From Bacteroidota bacterium (lineage in GTDB: Bacteria > Bacteroidota > Rhodothermia > Rhodothermales > Bin80): DNA of 64,000 bases. A program made the position numbers and the translations under genes. How positions within the stretch are numbered: position 1 is the first letter of the stretch; every line of letters begins with the position of its first letter. The stretch lies in NCBI GenBank assembly GCA_028875125.1, contig JAPPGC010000094.1, positions 15,761 through 79,760 on the forward strand. The letters are read 5' to 3'. Of this stretch, positions 36,598-45,742 are shown one piece after another. The notes under the pieces are model-generated. The model was not told the origin of the DNA, made no database searches, and was given only the letters and a program-made list of their open reading frames with translations.

Positions 36598-37824
36598 CTA
36601 AGGCTTTTCAATCCGCGCTCTCACAACGTTTGGAGCGCCAAGTTCGTCTGTGGTGACGCCATACAGCATTCCGTCTCTCACGATCGGTTCAGGATCAGAT
36701 TGCAGTGTGAACGGAAGGCGCAGTTCTCCCAGATAACGTCCCTCGGGGTCAAATAGATCGAAAAGACGGCCTTCGTCTTCGGGCATCACTGCTTCCCGCT
36801 TCACCCACAGATTGCCTTCGTCATCACAGAAGAATGAAACAACTGCGGGCTTTGAATTCGGAATCCTCGACCAATCGACCATCCCGCCTAGATTGATAAA
36901 CCACTGAAATTCCTCCCGTACGTCAGCCATCTCTTCCTCGCTCACCGGGACCAGGTCATGTTCTTTGGAGACTCTTCGAAGTGTCTCACCAACCGGATTC
37001 AGTTCAACTAGCTCATATTCTTTGGTGGTCAGCGTCCAAAGATTCCCAGTTGGAGAGAAGCGCCAATCAAAGGACCCTTGAAAGGGAATCGATTCGGCAA
37101 TCGAAGAGCTTCGCCCGCCGCCCAAGTCCCTGACATGTGTAAATGCCTCCCTTTCGACAGAAGCTTCGGGAATCGCGATGGTATCAAGCGGAGTGAGCGA
37201 CTGATCAAAACGGGCCATAGCTTGGGTCATGCTGAATTCATGGAAGAATACGACTACCGCATTGTAGCGCCCCCCGAAGTCGAATCCGCCCGGATATGGA
37301 CGGATGCCAACGCCGGGATTACCTATAGCCTCCGTTCTCAGGTATCTGCCGGTCGGATCGAAAATGGAAAGCTGTGCCTTGAGCATCTGCATGACTAGGG
37401 CTTCTCCGTTTTCGTTGATGTCAACTGCGAGAGCTTGCTCAAATTCCCCCGGCCCTGTCCCCTTGCTTCCAAATGTGTGCACAAAAGTCCCGTCCGAATC
37501 AAAAATGCTGATCTGTTGAGCCTGAAAGTCGAGAACAAAAATCCGTCCCTGCCCGTCTACATCAAAGGAAATGACATCTCCAAAAATCGGTGCTTCGTCG
37601 TTGGTATCTGTTCCGACCCTGATTTCCTCCACGAACTGCCACGTGTCTGCCTCATCCCACAGTGGCTCCTCGGTGTTTCGAACAACGATCTCGCCGGAAG
37701 CAAGCGTATCCATTGTGCCGGACCAAGCCTCATTCGCATTGAAATTGTCCGGCCGACAGCAGGTGATACAGACAGTAACAGCTACGGCAAGTGTCCAGCT
37801 TATGATTGTGCGAGATGACGACAT
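36598..37824 (-). CDS. 6-bladed beta-propeller (NHL-like) lipoprotein
   Basis: 408 aa with a Cys-containing signal (VTVCITCC). It has repeated GxGPGEF...D..G.i.V.D...qqI.iFD type blades. Confidence 0.7.
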   Translation of the reverse strand: MSSSRTIISWTLAVAVTVCITCCRPDNFNANEAWSGTMDTLASGEIVVRNTEEPLWDEADTWQFVEEIRVGTDTNDEAPIFGDVISFDVDGQGRIFVLDFQAQQISIFDSDGTFVHTFGSKGTGPGEFEQALAVDINENGEALVMQMLKAQLSIFDPTGRYLRTEAIGNPGVGIRPYPGGFDFGGRYNAVVVFFHEFSMTQAMARFDQSLTPLDTIAIPEASVEREAFTHVRDLGGGRSSSIAESIPFQGSFDWRFSPTGNLWTLTTKEYELVELNPVGETLRRVSKEHDLVPVSEEEMADVREEFQWFINLGGMVDWSRIPNSKPAVVSFFCDDEGNLWVKREAVMPEDEGRLFDLFDPEGRYLGELRLPFTLQSDPEPIVRDGMLYGVTTDELGAPNVVRARIEKP

Positions 37825-38199
37825 TGTCTAAACCTAGCTTAGTAATCTGGCAAATACAAACATAGGCAATAGTAGGGACATCCTGAAGATTGTGGCTTCA
37901 CCCCGCGCCAAGAAGCGGCGTGCTCCACGGCACTACATCCTCGATTCGAGTAGTCAACAGGTGCCAGCACCTATGACATTTGGAGCTACGTCTACGACTT
38001 AAAGGGAGGACTCTCCACGATGTATGCAACTGGCAGCCATCCTATGGAGTCGTGTTGTTGAACTGGAGTCTAACGCCAACTAAAACCTACGGTCCCAAAA
38101 TATTCACCACGAAAACTTCTGAAATTGTCCAATTGGAAGGACAATGCAAGGAAGATGTCTCCGGCCTGTAGTTATCACCGAAATAAATTAACTTGTATT

Positions 38200-38221
38200 A
38201 CATCATACATGAATATGATGT
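38200..38221. promoter_or_regulatory. candidate operator: perfect 8-bp inverted repeat ACATCATA-N6-TATGATGT upstream of the beta-helix/PL6 operon
   Basis: It ends 36 nt before the ATG at 38257 and abuts an AT-rich TATATTTA box. The related half-site TGTATGA(T/C)(G/A)T also lies upstream of the TBDR gene (26323-26332) and, on the minus strand, upstream of the PL17 gene (51829-51820). Confidence 0.3.
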
Positions 38222-38256
38222 ATATTTAACTCCCAACAACCAAACGAATTGACGCG

Positions 38257-40629
38257 ATGCGCACAACAATTACTACCTATTTAGGGCTCACCATTGCCCT
38301 AGTATTCCTGGGATTGAAGCCGGCTCTTGCCCAGCAAAGAATTGAAGTAGAAGCTGGCCAGAACACGATACTGGATGCAGTGGCAATGGCTGCGCCGGGA
38401 GACACGCTCGTCTTAACGACGGACGGAGGCCAGTATCCAAATGACGATGAAATTAAGCCAGATAGCTCGCTTTCGCTCACGATTATGGCGGCCCCTGGGC
38501 TCATGAACCGCCCAGTGCTGACAAATAACGGAACAGACAACACGAAGGATATCATCCGACTCTACGGCGATCTGACCCTGATTGGTCTTGAATTTGATGG
38601 GTTAGCGCACCAGGGACTGACGACCAAGTATGCCATCCGGACGGGTAGTGGTTCCGGTGATGCGGGGGATAATGTTAAGAACGGCTATGTGCTGAAGATT
38701 ATCGATTGCTATTTTCACGACATCGTGCATGGGGGCGACGGAAACGCATTCCGCGCCTATGGTAGAACGATGGCGGATTCGATTATCGTCCGAAACACAT
38801 TAGTCTTCAACACAGGCAAGGAGGGGATCCGGGCGCGCGATGAAGACAGTGATCGTCCAGACTTTGGGTTCTTCAATGTGAAGTATTTCGAGGTCTCCAA
38901 TTCCACTTTCTGGAACATAAAGAACGATGGGATCAGCGTGTATGGTGGATTTGCCGAAGCAGATCCAAATCATGACGGTCCGGAAGTCATCATTGATCAT
39001 GTGACCATGCATAATGTGGGTCATTATTTCCTAAACCTGAAAGGAGTAGATAATGCAACGGTGACCAACACGATTTTGGTGGATAATTATGACATCGTCA
39101 ATGCGACAAACAAGACATTGGGTGCGCCGTGGATGGTTGAAGGATCCACCCTGTCATACAGTGACACGCTCAATGTCAGTCTTGGTGGAGGCTGGAGAGG
39201 AGGAGGGGATCCGACGATAATGAACCTGTATGCAGTGGATCCAATGTTTGTTGATGCGGCAAACGGCGATTTCACGCTCATGTCAAACAGCCCGCTCATC
39301 GGGGCGGGCATGGGTGGTGCGACCCTCGGTGATCCGCGGTGGTGGCCGGAGGGTGTAAGCGTTCCTACGGTGCACATGGTTGCGGCAGGTCAGAACACAC
39401 TAACGGATGCTGTTGATGCTGCTGAAGCGGGCGATATCATCGAGTTGACCGATGCCGGGGGCGAATATCTCAATGACGATCAGATAAATGTCCGCGTTCC
39501 GCTTACCGTCCGCGCTGCCGACGGACTTGCTGAGCGGCCGATACTAAAGAATAACGAGCCGGATGAAAACACTCGCGTTGTGTTTCGCATTTACAATTCT
39601 CTGCATCTGGACGGTATTGAGATAGATGGCCAGGCCGGTACAGATTTCAATGCCAAGTATCTTCTTCGCATTGACGGCGAAAGTGTGGATTCCAGCATGG
39701 TGCTCAAGGTCACCAACAGTTATCTGCATAGTGTAGTATCCGGCGGTGATGGCAACTTCCTTCGCCACTATCCTGGGACCTTCGCGGATTCGCTGATATT
39801 CAGGAATTCCATTTTTAACGTTTCGGGTAAGGAAGGCATTAGAGTCAAGGACGAGTCCTCAAACAGCGGACTCTACAATTTCGGGTACTTTGAAGTAACC
39901 AACAGCACCTTCGCCAACACGCGCCAGGCGGCCATCTATATCTACGCGGGTGATGGTGACGCTTCAACCCCTGAGCCGGAGGTGGTCATGGACAGAATCA
40001 CATGCCACAACTGCGGCCATGGCAACGGGCGTGCATTCTATCCGCGGGGATTCCAGAATGTGATGATTACCAACAGCATCATTGCCAACAGCAAAACGGA
40101 CTCAGAATTCAGCGTGAAACTGGAGGGGAATTCGATGATTTCCCATTCGGATACATTTATGGTGTCTCCGGTCGTCCTCAACGGGACTTCAACGGCGACG
40201 GACATGTACAATATTGATCCCGAATTTGCCGATCCAGACAATCTGGACTTCTCTATTCCAATGGCAAATGCGTTGCGCATGGCCGGGACTGATGGCATGG
40301 GAATTGGCGATATGCGTTGGTTAGCCGATCGCACCTCTGTTGAGACTCTGGAGATTCCAGAGGAGCAGGGCTTTGTGCTTGGCCAAAACTACCCGAATCC
40401 GTTCCAGTCACAGACGACGATTCCGTATCGGATGGAACGCCAGGGACATGTTACACTTGAAGTATTTGACCTGCTCGGTCGGCGCGTGGCGCAAATCAGA
40501 GAAGGCTTCGAATCTGCGGGTTCCCACACGGCAACTGTTTCCATGGAACGGCAGGCACCCGGTACTTACTTCTACAAGCTTAGCGTGGACGGCCAGGTTA
40601 CATGGCGTAAGCTCGTGGTAGCCAGATAG
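38257..40629 (+). CDS. secreted protein with two tandem right-handed beta-helix modules and a T9SS CTD (candidate novel polysaccharide lyase or binding protein)
   Basis: 790 aa. Module 1 (AGQNTILDAVAMAAPGDTLVLT..GGQYPNDDEI...GGDGNAFRAYG...GKEGIRARDE...YFEVSNSTFWN) is repeated as module 2 (AGQNTLTDAVDAAEAGDIIELT..GGEYLNDDQI...GGDGNFLRHYP...GKEGIRVKDE...YFEVTNSTFAN). C-terminus: NYPNPFQSQTTI...VFDLLGRRV...YFYKLSV. Confidence 0.65.
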   Translation: MRTTITTYLGLTIALVFLGLKPALAQQRIEVEAGQNTILDAVAMAAPGDTLVLTTDGGQYPNDDEIKPDSSLSLTIMAAPGLMNRPVLTNNGTDNTKDIIRLYGDLTLIGLEFDGLAHQGLTTKYAIRTGSGSGDAGDNVKNGYVLKIIDCYFHDIVHGGDGNAFRAYGRTMADSIIVRNTLVFNTGKEGIRARDEDSDRPDFGFFNVKYFEVSNSTFWNIKNDGISVYGGFAEADPNHDGPEVIIDHVTMHNVGHYFLNLKGVDNATVTNTILVDNYDIVNATNKTLGAPWMVEGSTLSYSDTLNVSLGGGWRGGGDPTIMNLYAVDPMFVDAANGDFTLMSNSPLIGAGMGGATLGDPRWWPEGVSVPTVHMVAAGQNTLTDAVDAAEAGDIIELTDAGGEYLNDDQINVRVPLTVRAADGLAERPILKNNEPDENTRVVFRIYNSLHLDGIEIDGQAGTDFNAKYLLRIDGESVDSSMVLKVTNSYLHSVVSGGDGNFLRHYPGTFADSLIFRNSIFNVSGKEGIRVKDESSNSGLYNFGYFEVTNSTFANTRQAAIYIYAGDGDASTPEPEVVMDRITCHNCGHGNGRAFYPRGFQNVMITNSIIANSKTDSEFSVKLEGNSMISHSDTFMVSPVVLNGTSTATDMYNIDPEFADPDNLDFSIPMANALRMAGTDGMGIGDMRWLADRTSVETLEIPEEQGFVLGQNYPNPFQSQTTIPYRMERQGHVTLEVFDLLGRRVAQIREGFESAGSHTATVSMERQAPGTYFYKLSVDGQVTWRKLVVAR

Positions 40630-40633
40630 TCTG

Positions 40634-42385
40634 TTGCACAGGATCATATGGTGCTGGCTTTCCAGCACAAAGTATTTATTATGCTTGCTTCTCGCTCCAC
40701 TTGCAGCTTATGCGCAGGTGGAGCGCGTAGCTAGCACTCCGCAGGAGCTCTCCAGTGCCATTGCCTCTTCGGGACCGGGGGACACCATTATAATGGCGAA
40801 TGGTATCTGGACCGATGTGGTGATTTCGTTCTATGCCCAAGGTGTGGAAGGGGATTCGATCACGCTCCGGGCGGAAACCCCCGGGCAGGTGATCCTGAAT
40901 GGCAACTCCCGCTTGAAGATCGGTGGATCATACCTCAAAGTAGATGGCCTATGGTTTGACCAAGGTGCGTTGCGCAGTGGGCATCTTATTGAGTTCAGGC
41001 GTTCGTCCTCACGGTTGACTACCCATAGCCGACTTACAAACTGTACCATAACCAACTATAATCCTTCAAGCTATTTGACGGAGTATAAGTGGGTTTCTAT
41101 TTACGGCGCGCACAATCGTGTTGATCATTGTCATTTTGCCGGGAAAAGCCATGACGGTGCAACGCTCGTGGTATGGCTGCGTAATCCGCCCAATGACAGT
41201 TCGGTGTGGCATCGCATTGATAATAACCACTTCGGGCATCGTCCAGAGCTCGGCAAGAATGGTGGAGAGACCATTCGTATTGGCACCAGCAGCCGCTCAA
41301 TGCAGGATGCGTACGTGACCGTGGAGCACAATCTTTTCGAGGAATGTGATGGAGAGATCGAAATCATTTCGAATAAGAGTGGCAACAATGTTTTCCGGCA
41401 TAACACGTTCCTGCGCTCATCAGGTACACTTACGCTAAGACACGGCAATGAAGCCAGCGTGTACGGAAACTATTTCTTGGGGGACGGCAAGTCAGGATCA
41501 GGTGGCGTTCGGATTATCGGCGAGCGACACAAGGTTTACAATAATTATTTTCAGGACTTGAGGGGCACAGGTTACCGTTCTGCCTTGGCGGTTGTTAATG
41601 GAGTTCCGAATTCTCCTCTCAACAGATATTTTCAAGTGAAGGACGCCGTGGTGGCGTTCAACACATTTGTCGATGTTGAAGAGACCTTCGTCATAGGAGC
41701 TGGAAAGAGCTCGGAGCAATCCCTTGCGCCTGATGGACTCCAGGTTGCGAATAACCTGGTTGTAACTCGCAACGGACCGATCATAGAATACGAGGATGCA
41801 CCACTCAATATCACCTATGCGTCGAACGTGTTCTTCGGGGCCGAATCAGGTATTGGTCCGGTTGACGGTATACTCATTGCCGATCCTGCACTCGTTTTTG
41901 ATCAAGACGTATGGCGGCCCTCCAGTACAAGCGTGGCAGTGGGGTCGGCCACCGCAATAGATTTTGTAACCCACGACATTGATGGCCAGGAACGGGACGG
42001 CCTCCCTGATATTGGAGCCGACGAGATCAGTTTATCGCCGGTCCTTTATCGGCCGCTCACATCGCAGGATGTAGGTCCATCGTACCTCAGTCTTGTATTG
42101 CACTCTGATCGACCGGCGCTTCCGGTATCAACTCCAGTTGTACAGGTGTACCCTAATCCGTTCAGATCTGCGGTCACGATTGATTTTGAGCTAAAAATCC
42201 CCGGCTTCGTACAGCTAAGCATCTATGACCTTTTGGGGCGCGAGGTGGCTAAACTGGCTGCTGGTACCAGGAATACAGGTAATCACCTCACCACGTTTGA
42301 TGGATCTGGACTTGTGCCAGGGATTTACTTTATTGTAGTGGAAGTGGACGGTTTACGCACGAAGCATACATTGATTAGGCATTGA
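40634..42385 (+). CDS. polysaccharide lyase family 6 (alginate lyase/chondroitinase B-like) with a T9SS CTD
   Basis: 583 aa. PGDTIIMANGIWTD, NHFGHRPELGKNGGETIRIGTS and NLFEECDGEIEIISNKSGNNVFRHNTFLRSSGTLTLRHGN match conserved PL6 blocks. C-terminus: VYPNPFRSAVTIDF...IYDLLGREV. The start is probably TTG at 40634. Confidence 0.85.
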   Translation: MHRIIWCWLSSTKYLLCLLLAPLAAYAQVERVASTPQELSSAIASSGPGDTIIMANGIWTDVVISFYAQGVEGDSITLRAETPGQVILNGNSRLKIGGSYLKVDGLWFDQGALRSGHLIEFRRSSSRLTTHSRLTNCTITNYNPSSYLTEYKWVSIYGAHNRVDHCHFAGKSHDGATLVVWLRNPPNDSSVWHRIDNNHFGHRPELGKNGGETIRIGTSSRSMQDAYVTVEHNLFEECDGEIEIISNKSGNNVFRHNTFLRSSGTLTLRHGNEASVYGNYFLGDGKSGSGGVRIIGERHKVYNNYFQDLRGTGYRSALAVVNGVPNSPLNRYFQVKDAVVAFNTFVDVEETFVIGAGKSSEQSLAPDGLQVANNLVVTRNGPIIEYEDAPLNITYASNVFFGAESGIGPVDGILIADPALVFDQDVWRPSSTSVAVGSATAIDFVTHDIDGQERDGLPDIGADEISLSPVLYRPLTSQDVGPSYLSLVLHSDRPALPVSTPVVQVYPNPFRSAVTIDFELKIPGFVQLSIYDLLGREVAKLAAGTRNTGNHLTTFDGSGLVPGIYFIVVEVDGLRTKHTLIRH

Positions 42386-44886
42386 CCAGGCTAAGCATCT
42401 TACTGGCACTGGGACTGGCAATCGTAGCTCCAGTCACCCCGGATAACACACTGGTCCGCACGGCGGATGAGTTTCGGGAAGCGGTCCGTCACGCTCAGCC
42501 GGGTGATACAATCACTATGGCTAACGGCATGTGGCGCGACGCAAATCTGGTATTTGATGCGGATGGTGCACAAGGAGATTCAATCACTGTTCGTGCCGAG
42601 ACTCCTGGAGAAGTGATTCTGACTGGTCAGTCTCGTCTTCGTATCGGTGGGCAGTACTTGAAAGTAGAGGGATTGTGGTTTCACCGTGGAGCGCTGGATC
42701 GAGGACATGTGATCGCATTCCGCACGGACAGGGCGGCCCGCCACAGCCGCATCACAGACTGCGCGATAACAGAGTTCAACCCCGATAACTGGTTACTGCA
42801 GTACAAATGGGTGTCTCTGTATGGCACACACAATCGAGTAGATCACTGTTACTTTGCCGGCAAGACGCACGATGGAGCCACGCTTGTTGTATGGCTGGAA
42901 GATCCGCCGGCCGACGAACCCAACTACCACCGGATTGACCATAACCACTTTGGGCACCGCCCTGAGCTGGGTAAGAATGGTGGGGAAACCATCCGTATTG
43001 GCACCAGCAGCCGCTCTATGCAGGACTCCTATTCATTGGTAGAGCATAACCTGTTTGAGCGCACCAATGGCGAGCACGAAATCATTTCCAACAAGTCAGG
43101 ACACAATACCTATCAACATAACACCTTACTCGAAGCGCAGGGAGCCTTAACCCTGCGTCATGGTAACCATGCCACCATCAGGGAGAACTGGTTTCTGGGT
43201 AGAGGAAAGCCGGGTACGGGTGGAGTACGTGTCATAGGAGAGGACCATTTGGTTACGCACAACTATTTTGCCGAGCTGGAGGGAGATTCCTCACGTGCAT
43301 CGCTCTCAGTAATGAACGGTATACCCAACTCGCCTCTGAACCGGTATTTTCAGGTTAAGCGCCCAATTATTACCCAGAACACATTTGTTGGCACGCGGGT
43401 GAGCATACTTTTTGGATTGGGAGCAGATGGAGAGAAGACACTCCTGCCCGAGGATGTTCTGTTTGGCCAGAATGTCGTTTTTACAGAAAACGGTAAATCT
43501 GTGGTTACGGCGTACGTGTCTGCTGACGACGTTACCTGGAATGAGAATGTGTTCTATGGAACGCAATTGGGCATTCAGTCTCCCCCTGGAATTCGATGGG
43601 AGAACCCAGAATTGATAAGTGGTCCTCACGAGATGCTGTATCCGTCTCCCGCAGGCCCAGCGGCCGGGAAAGGGGCATCGCCCACATATCCACCTCTTTC
43701 ACCGTCCGACGTTGGTCCCTCGTGGTGGGGTCAACCCTGGGACCCGGATATATTGGTGGATTCAGCGCGTGTGCTGCCTGATTTTTCTTACGTGGGATAC
43801 AAAAGGGGCGAAGAGCCTCCGCCCGATCCTGAAGTAACGCTGGATGTGACTGACTATGGCGCAACTGGCGATGATATGAATGACGACACTGAGGGGTTCA
43901 AGCGGGCAATTCAAGCGGCGCACAGTCAGGAAGGGTGGGTTGTTATTGGTATTCCGAAGGGACGGTTTCACTTGTCTGACGTGATGCGCCTGGAACGGGA
44001 CAGTGTAATTGTGCGGGGAAGTGGAGTGAGTGAGTCGGTTATTAGCATAGAGAAGCCCCTCGGTTCCTTGGATGTGGCAGATGAGTTCAGTGAGTCATCC
44101 TATTCGTCTAGGGTCCGGGGGAGGGTAGCATCGCCTTATTCAAGTTGGGGTGGAATGTTCTGGTTTCGAGGATCAAGGGCTCCGGCAGGAACATCTCCCA
44201 CATCCATGGAGGTTGGCATGGAGCATCTCAGTATAGAATTTAATTCTGTGCCATATGGGGGGCACCAGCTTGAGGATGGATACAATGCAGTGTATCTCGA
44301 AGGTGTAAGAAATGGATGGATTCGAGATGTGGAGATCAAGAATGCGGATGCGGGAATAATCCTCAATATGGCGTCCCAAGTCACACTTGAGAATATTCTG
44401 ATTACCGGGCGAGGAGGTCATTATGGTATTCACACACAGGACTCAAAACATATCCTGATGGAGAATATTCGCGTTCATTCAAACACACTGCATCCAGTCG
44501 GTTGTGCGGGTGAAAGTGGTTATAACGTTGTCACGGCTAGCTCCATAGGACACATTTATGATGCGGGCTGCGCGGAACCCAATTTGTTTGAAGGGCTCAC
44601 CGTTCGAGGTGACTCAATGGGTAGACCAATCTTGGATGTAGAATCCCAATCACCGCTGGTACTATGGAATATTAAGATCCACTACGATCACGTCAGGGCC
44701 CTACGACCGCCTGTTTATCTGGGTGCATTGGGGGATCATGTTACCGTCGTGGGATTGTCGAGCGACGTACCAGTACGTATGCAGTCTGGGGCAGGGGGTT
44801 ATTACGAAGGTACAAATTGGCCTGGGGAGCTTACCGTCTCATCCTTGTATCGATATCAACTCGGAAAGCGGCTTAGGGAAAACTGA
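42382..44886 (+). CDS. PL6 lyase domain fused to a C-terminal Pectate_lyase_3/GH28-like beta-helix domain, no T9SS CTD
   Basis: 834 aa. The N-terminal half is paralogous to 40634 (NHFGHRPELGKNGGETIRIGTS, EIISNKSGHNTYQHNT...LTLRHGN). The C-terminal half begins VTDYGATGDDMNDDTEGFKRAIQAA, the signature start of the pectate-lyase-superfamily beta-helix. The TTG start overlaps the upstream stop (TTGA). Confidence 0.8.
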   Translation: MTRLSILLALGLAIVAPVTPDNTLVRTADEFREAVRHAQPGDTITMANGMWRDANLVFDADGAQGDSITVRAETPGEVILTGQSRLRIGGQYLKVEGLWFHRGALDRGHVIAFRTDRAARHSRITDCAITEFNPDNWLLQYKWVSLYGTHNRVDHCYFAGKTHDGATLVVWLEDPPADEPNYHRIDHNHFGHRPELGKNGGETIRIGTSSRSMQDSYSLVEHNLFERTNGEHEIISNKSGHNTYQHNTLLEAQGALTLRHGNHATIRENWFLGRGKPGTGGVRVIGEDHLVTHNYFAELEGDSSRASLSVMNGIPNSPLNRYFQVKRPIITQNTFVGTRVSILFGLGADGEKTLLPEDVLFGQNVVFTENGKSVVTAYVSADDVTWNENVFYGTQLGIQSPPGIRWENPELISGPHEMLYPSPAGPAAGKGASPTYPPLSPSDVGPSWWGQPWDPDILVDSARVLPDFSYVGYKRGEEPPPDPEVTLDVTDYGATGDDMNDDTEGFKRAIQAAHSQEGWVVIGIPKGRFHLSDVMRLERDSVIVRGSGVSESVISIEKPLGSLDVADEFSESSYSSRVRGRVASPYSSWGGMFWFRGSRAPAGTSPTSMEVGMEHLSIEFNSVPYGGHQLEDGYNAVYLEGVRNGWIRDVEIKNADAGIILNMASQVTLENILITGRGGHYGIHTQDSKHILMENIRVHSNTLHPVGCAGESGYNVVTASSIGHIYDAGCAEPNLFEGLTVRGDSMGRPILDVESQSPLVLWNIKIHYDHVRALRPPVYLGALGDHVTVVGLSSDVPVRMQSGAGGYYEGTNWPGELTVSSLYRYQLGKRLREN

Positions 44887-44928
44887 GGGCCAGAGGAGGG
44901 TTGTGATAACTGGAGTTTCGGGTCAATC

Positions 44929-45678
44929 TCATTGGCTGGCCTCCAAGGAATCAGATGCCTGTTGGGCAGACAGCATCTGGGAGATATGATTCTCCGATTC
45001 CATCAGGTGGTGTTCCATGTTGATGCGGGCAGCTTGTGCGTCTCGCATGAGAATAGATTCCAGGATGCGCCCGTGCCATTCGATTGCTGAGGACTTCGCA
45101 TCTTCAACTATTTCGTGGACGGAGGATTTGATTTGAGGCATGAGCGCATGGATCGGTGCAATCAGTAGCGGCATGATGCTATTCCCAGATGCAATTGCAA
45201 TGTGTTGATGGAATGCGAGGTCCAGGTTGGCTAATTCTTCACTTTTCCCCGTCCATGTTTTCATTGCATCAAAATCCTCCTGCAGTTGCGCAGCATCATC
45301 CGGTGTGTGATGGAGGGCAGCTTCGGCTGCTATCGGGGGTTCAATGAGTTGGCGGGCCCTGATGATGTCAATGAACTTTAGGTCTCCGCAATGTTGCTGT
45401 AGATACATTTCCAGCGGAGTAATTACTGTTTCAGCGGAGAGTTCAGATACAAAAATGCCGCGCCCTTTTTCGATTCGTATCAGTCCGCTCCCAGAGAGCA
45501 TGCGCAGAGCTTCTCTCAGCACGGTTCTGCTCACGCCGAATTGAGCGCATAGGTCCAATTCGGATGAAAGTCGCATCCCCGGTACCAAATGCTTTTCGCG
45601 AATGGAGTTCTCAATGGCCTCTACCACAGAATGGCTGAGAAGCTGGGGCTTACCAACGGATGCGAATTTTCGGGCCAT
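44929..45678 (-). CDS. GntR/FadR-family transcriptional regulator (wHTH + FCD domain)
   Basis: 249 aa. LSSELDLCAQFGVSRTVLREALRMLSGSGLIRIEKGRGIFV is the GntR wHTH, followed by an all-helical FCD-like C-terminal half. Confidence 0.9.
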   Translation of the reverse strand: MARKFASVGKPQLLSHSVVEAIENSIREKHLVPGMRLSSELDLCAQFGVSRTVLREALRMLSGSGLIRIEKGRGIFVSELSAETVITPLEMYLQQHCGDLKFIDIIRARQLIEPPIAAEAALHHTPDDAAQLQEDFDAMKTWTGKSEELANLDLAFHQHIAIASGNSIMPLLIAPIHALMPQIKSSVHEIVEDAKSSAIEWHGRILESILMRDAQAARINMEHHLMESENHISQMLSAQQASDSLEASQ

Positions 45679-45742
45679 GGATTAAGGTGCAGGGTTTGGA
45701 GGCGTTGCTTGTGAGCGTGAAGAGTGAATGTAAGATAGTTTA

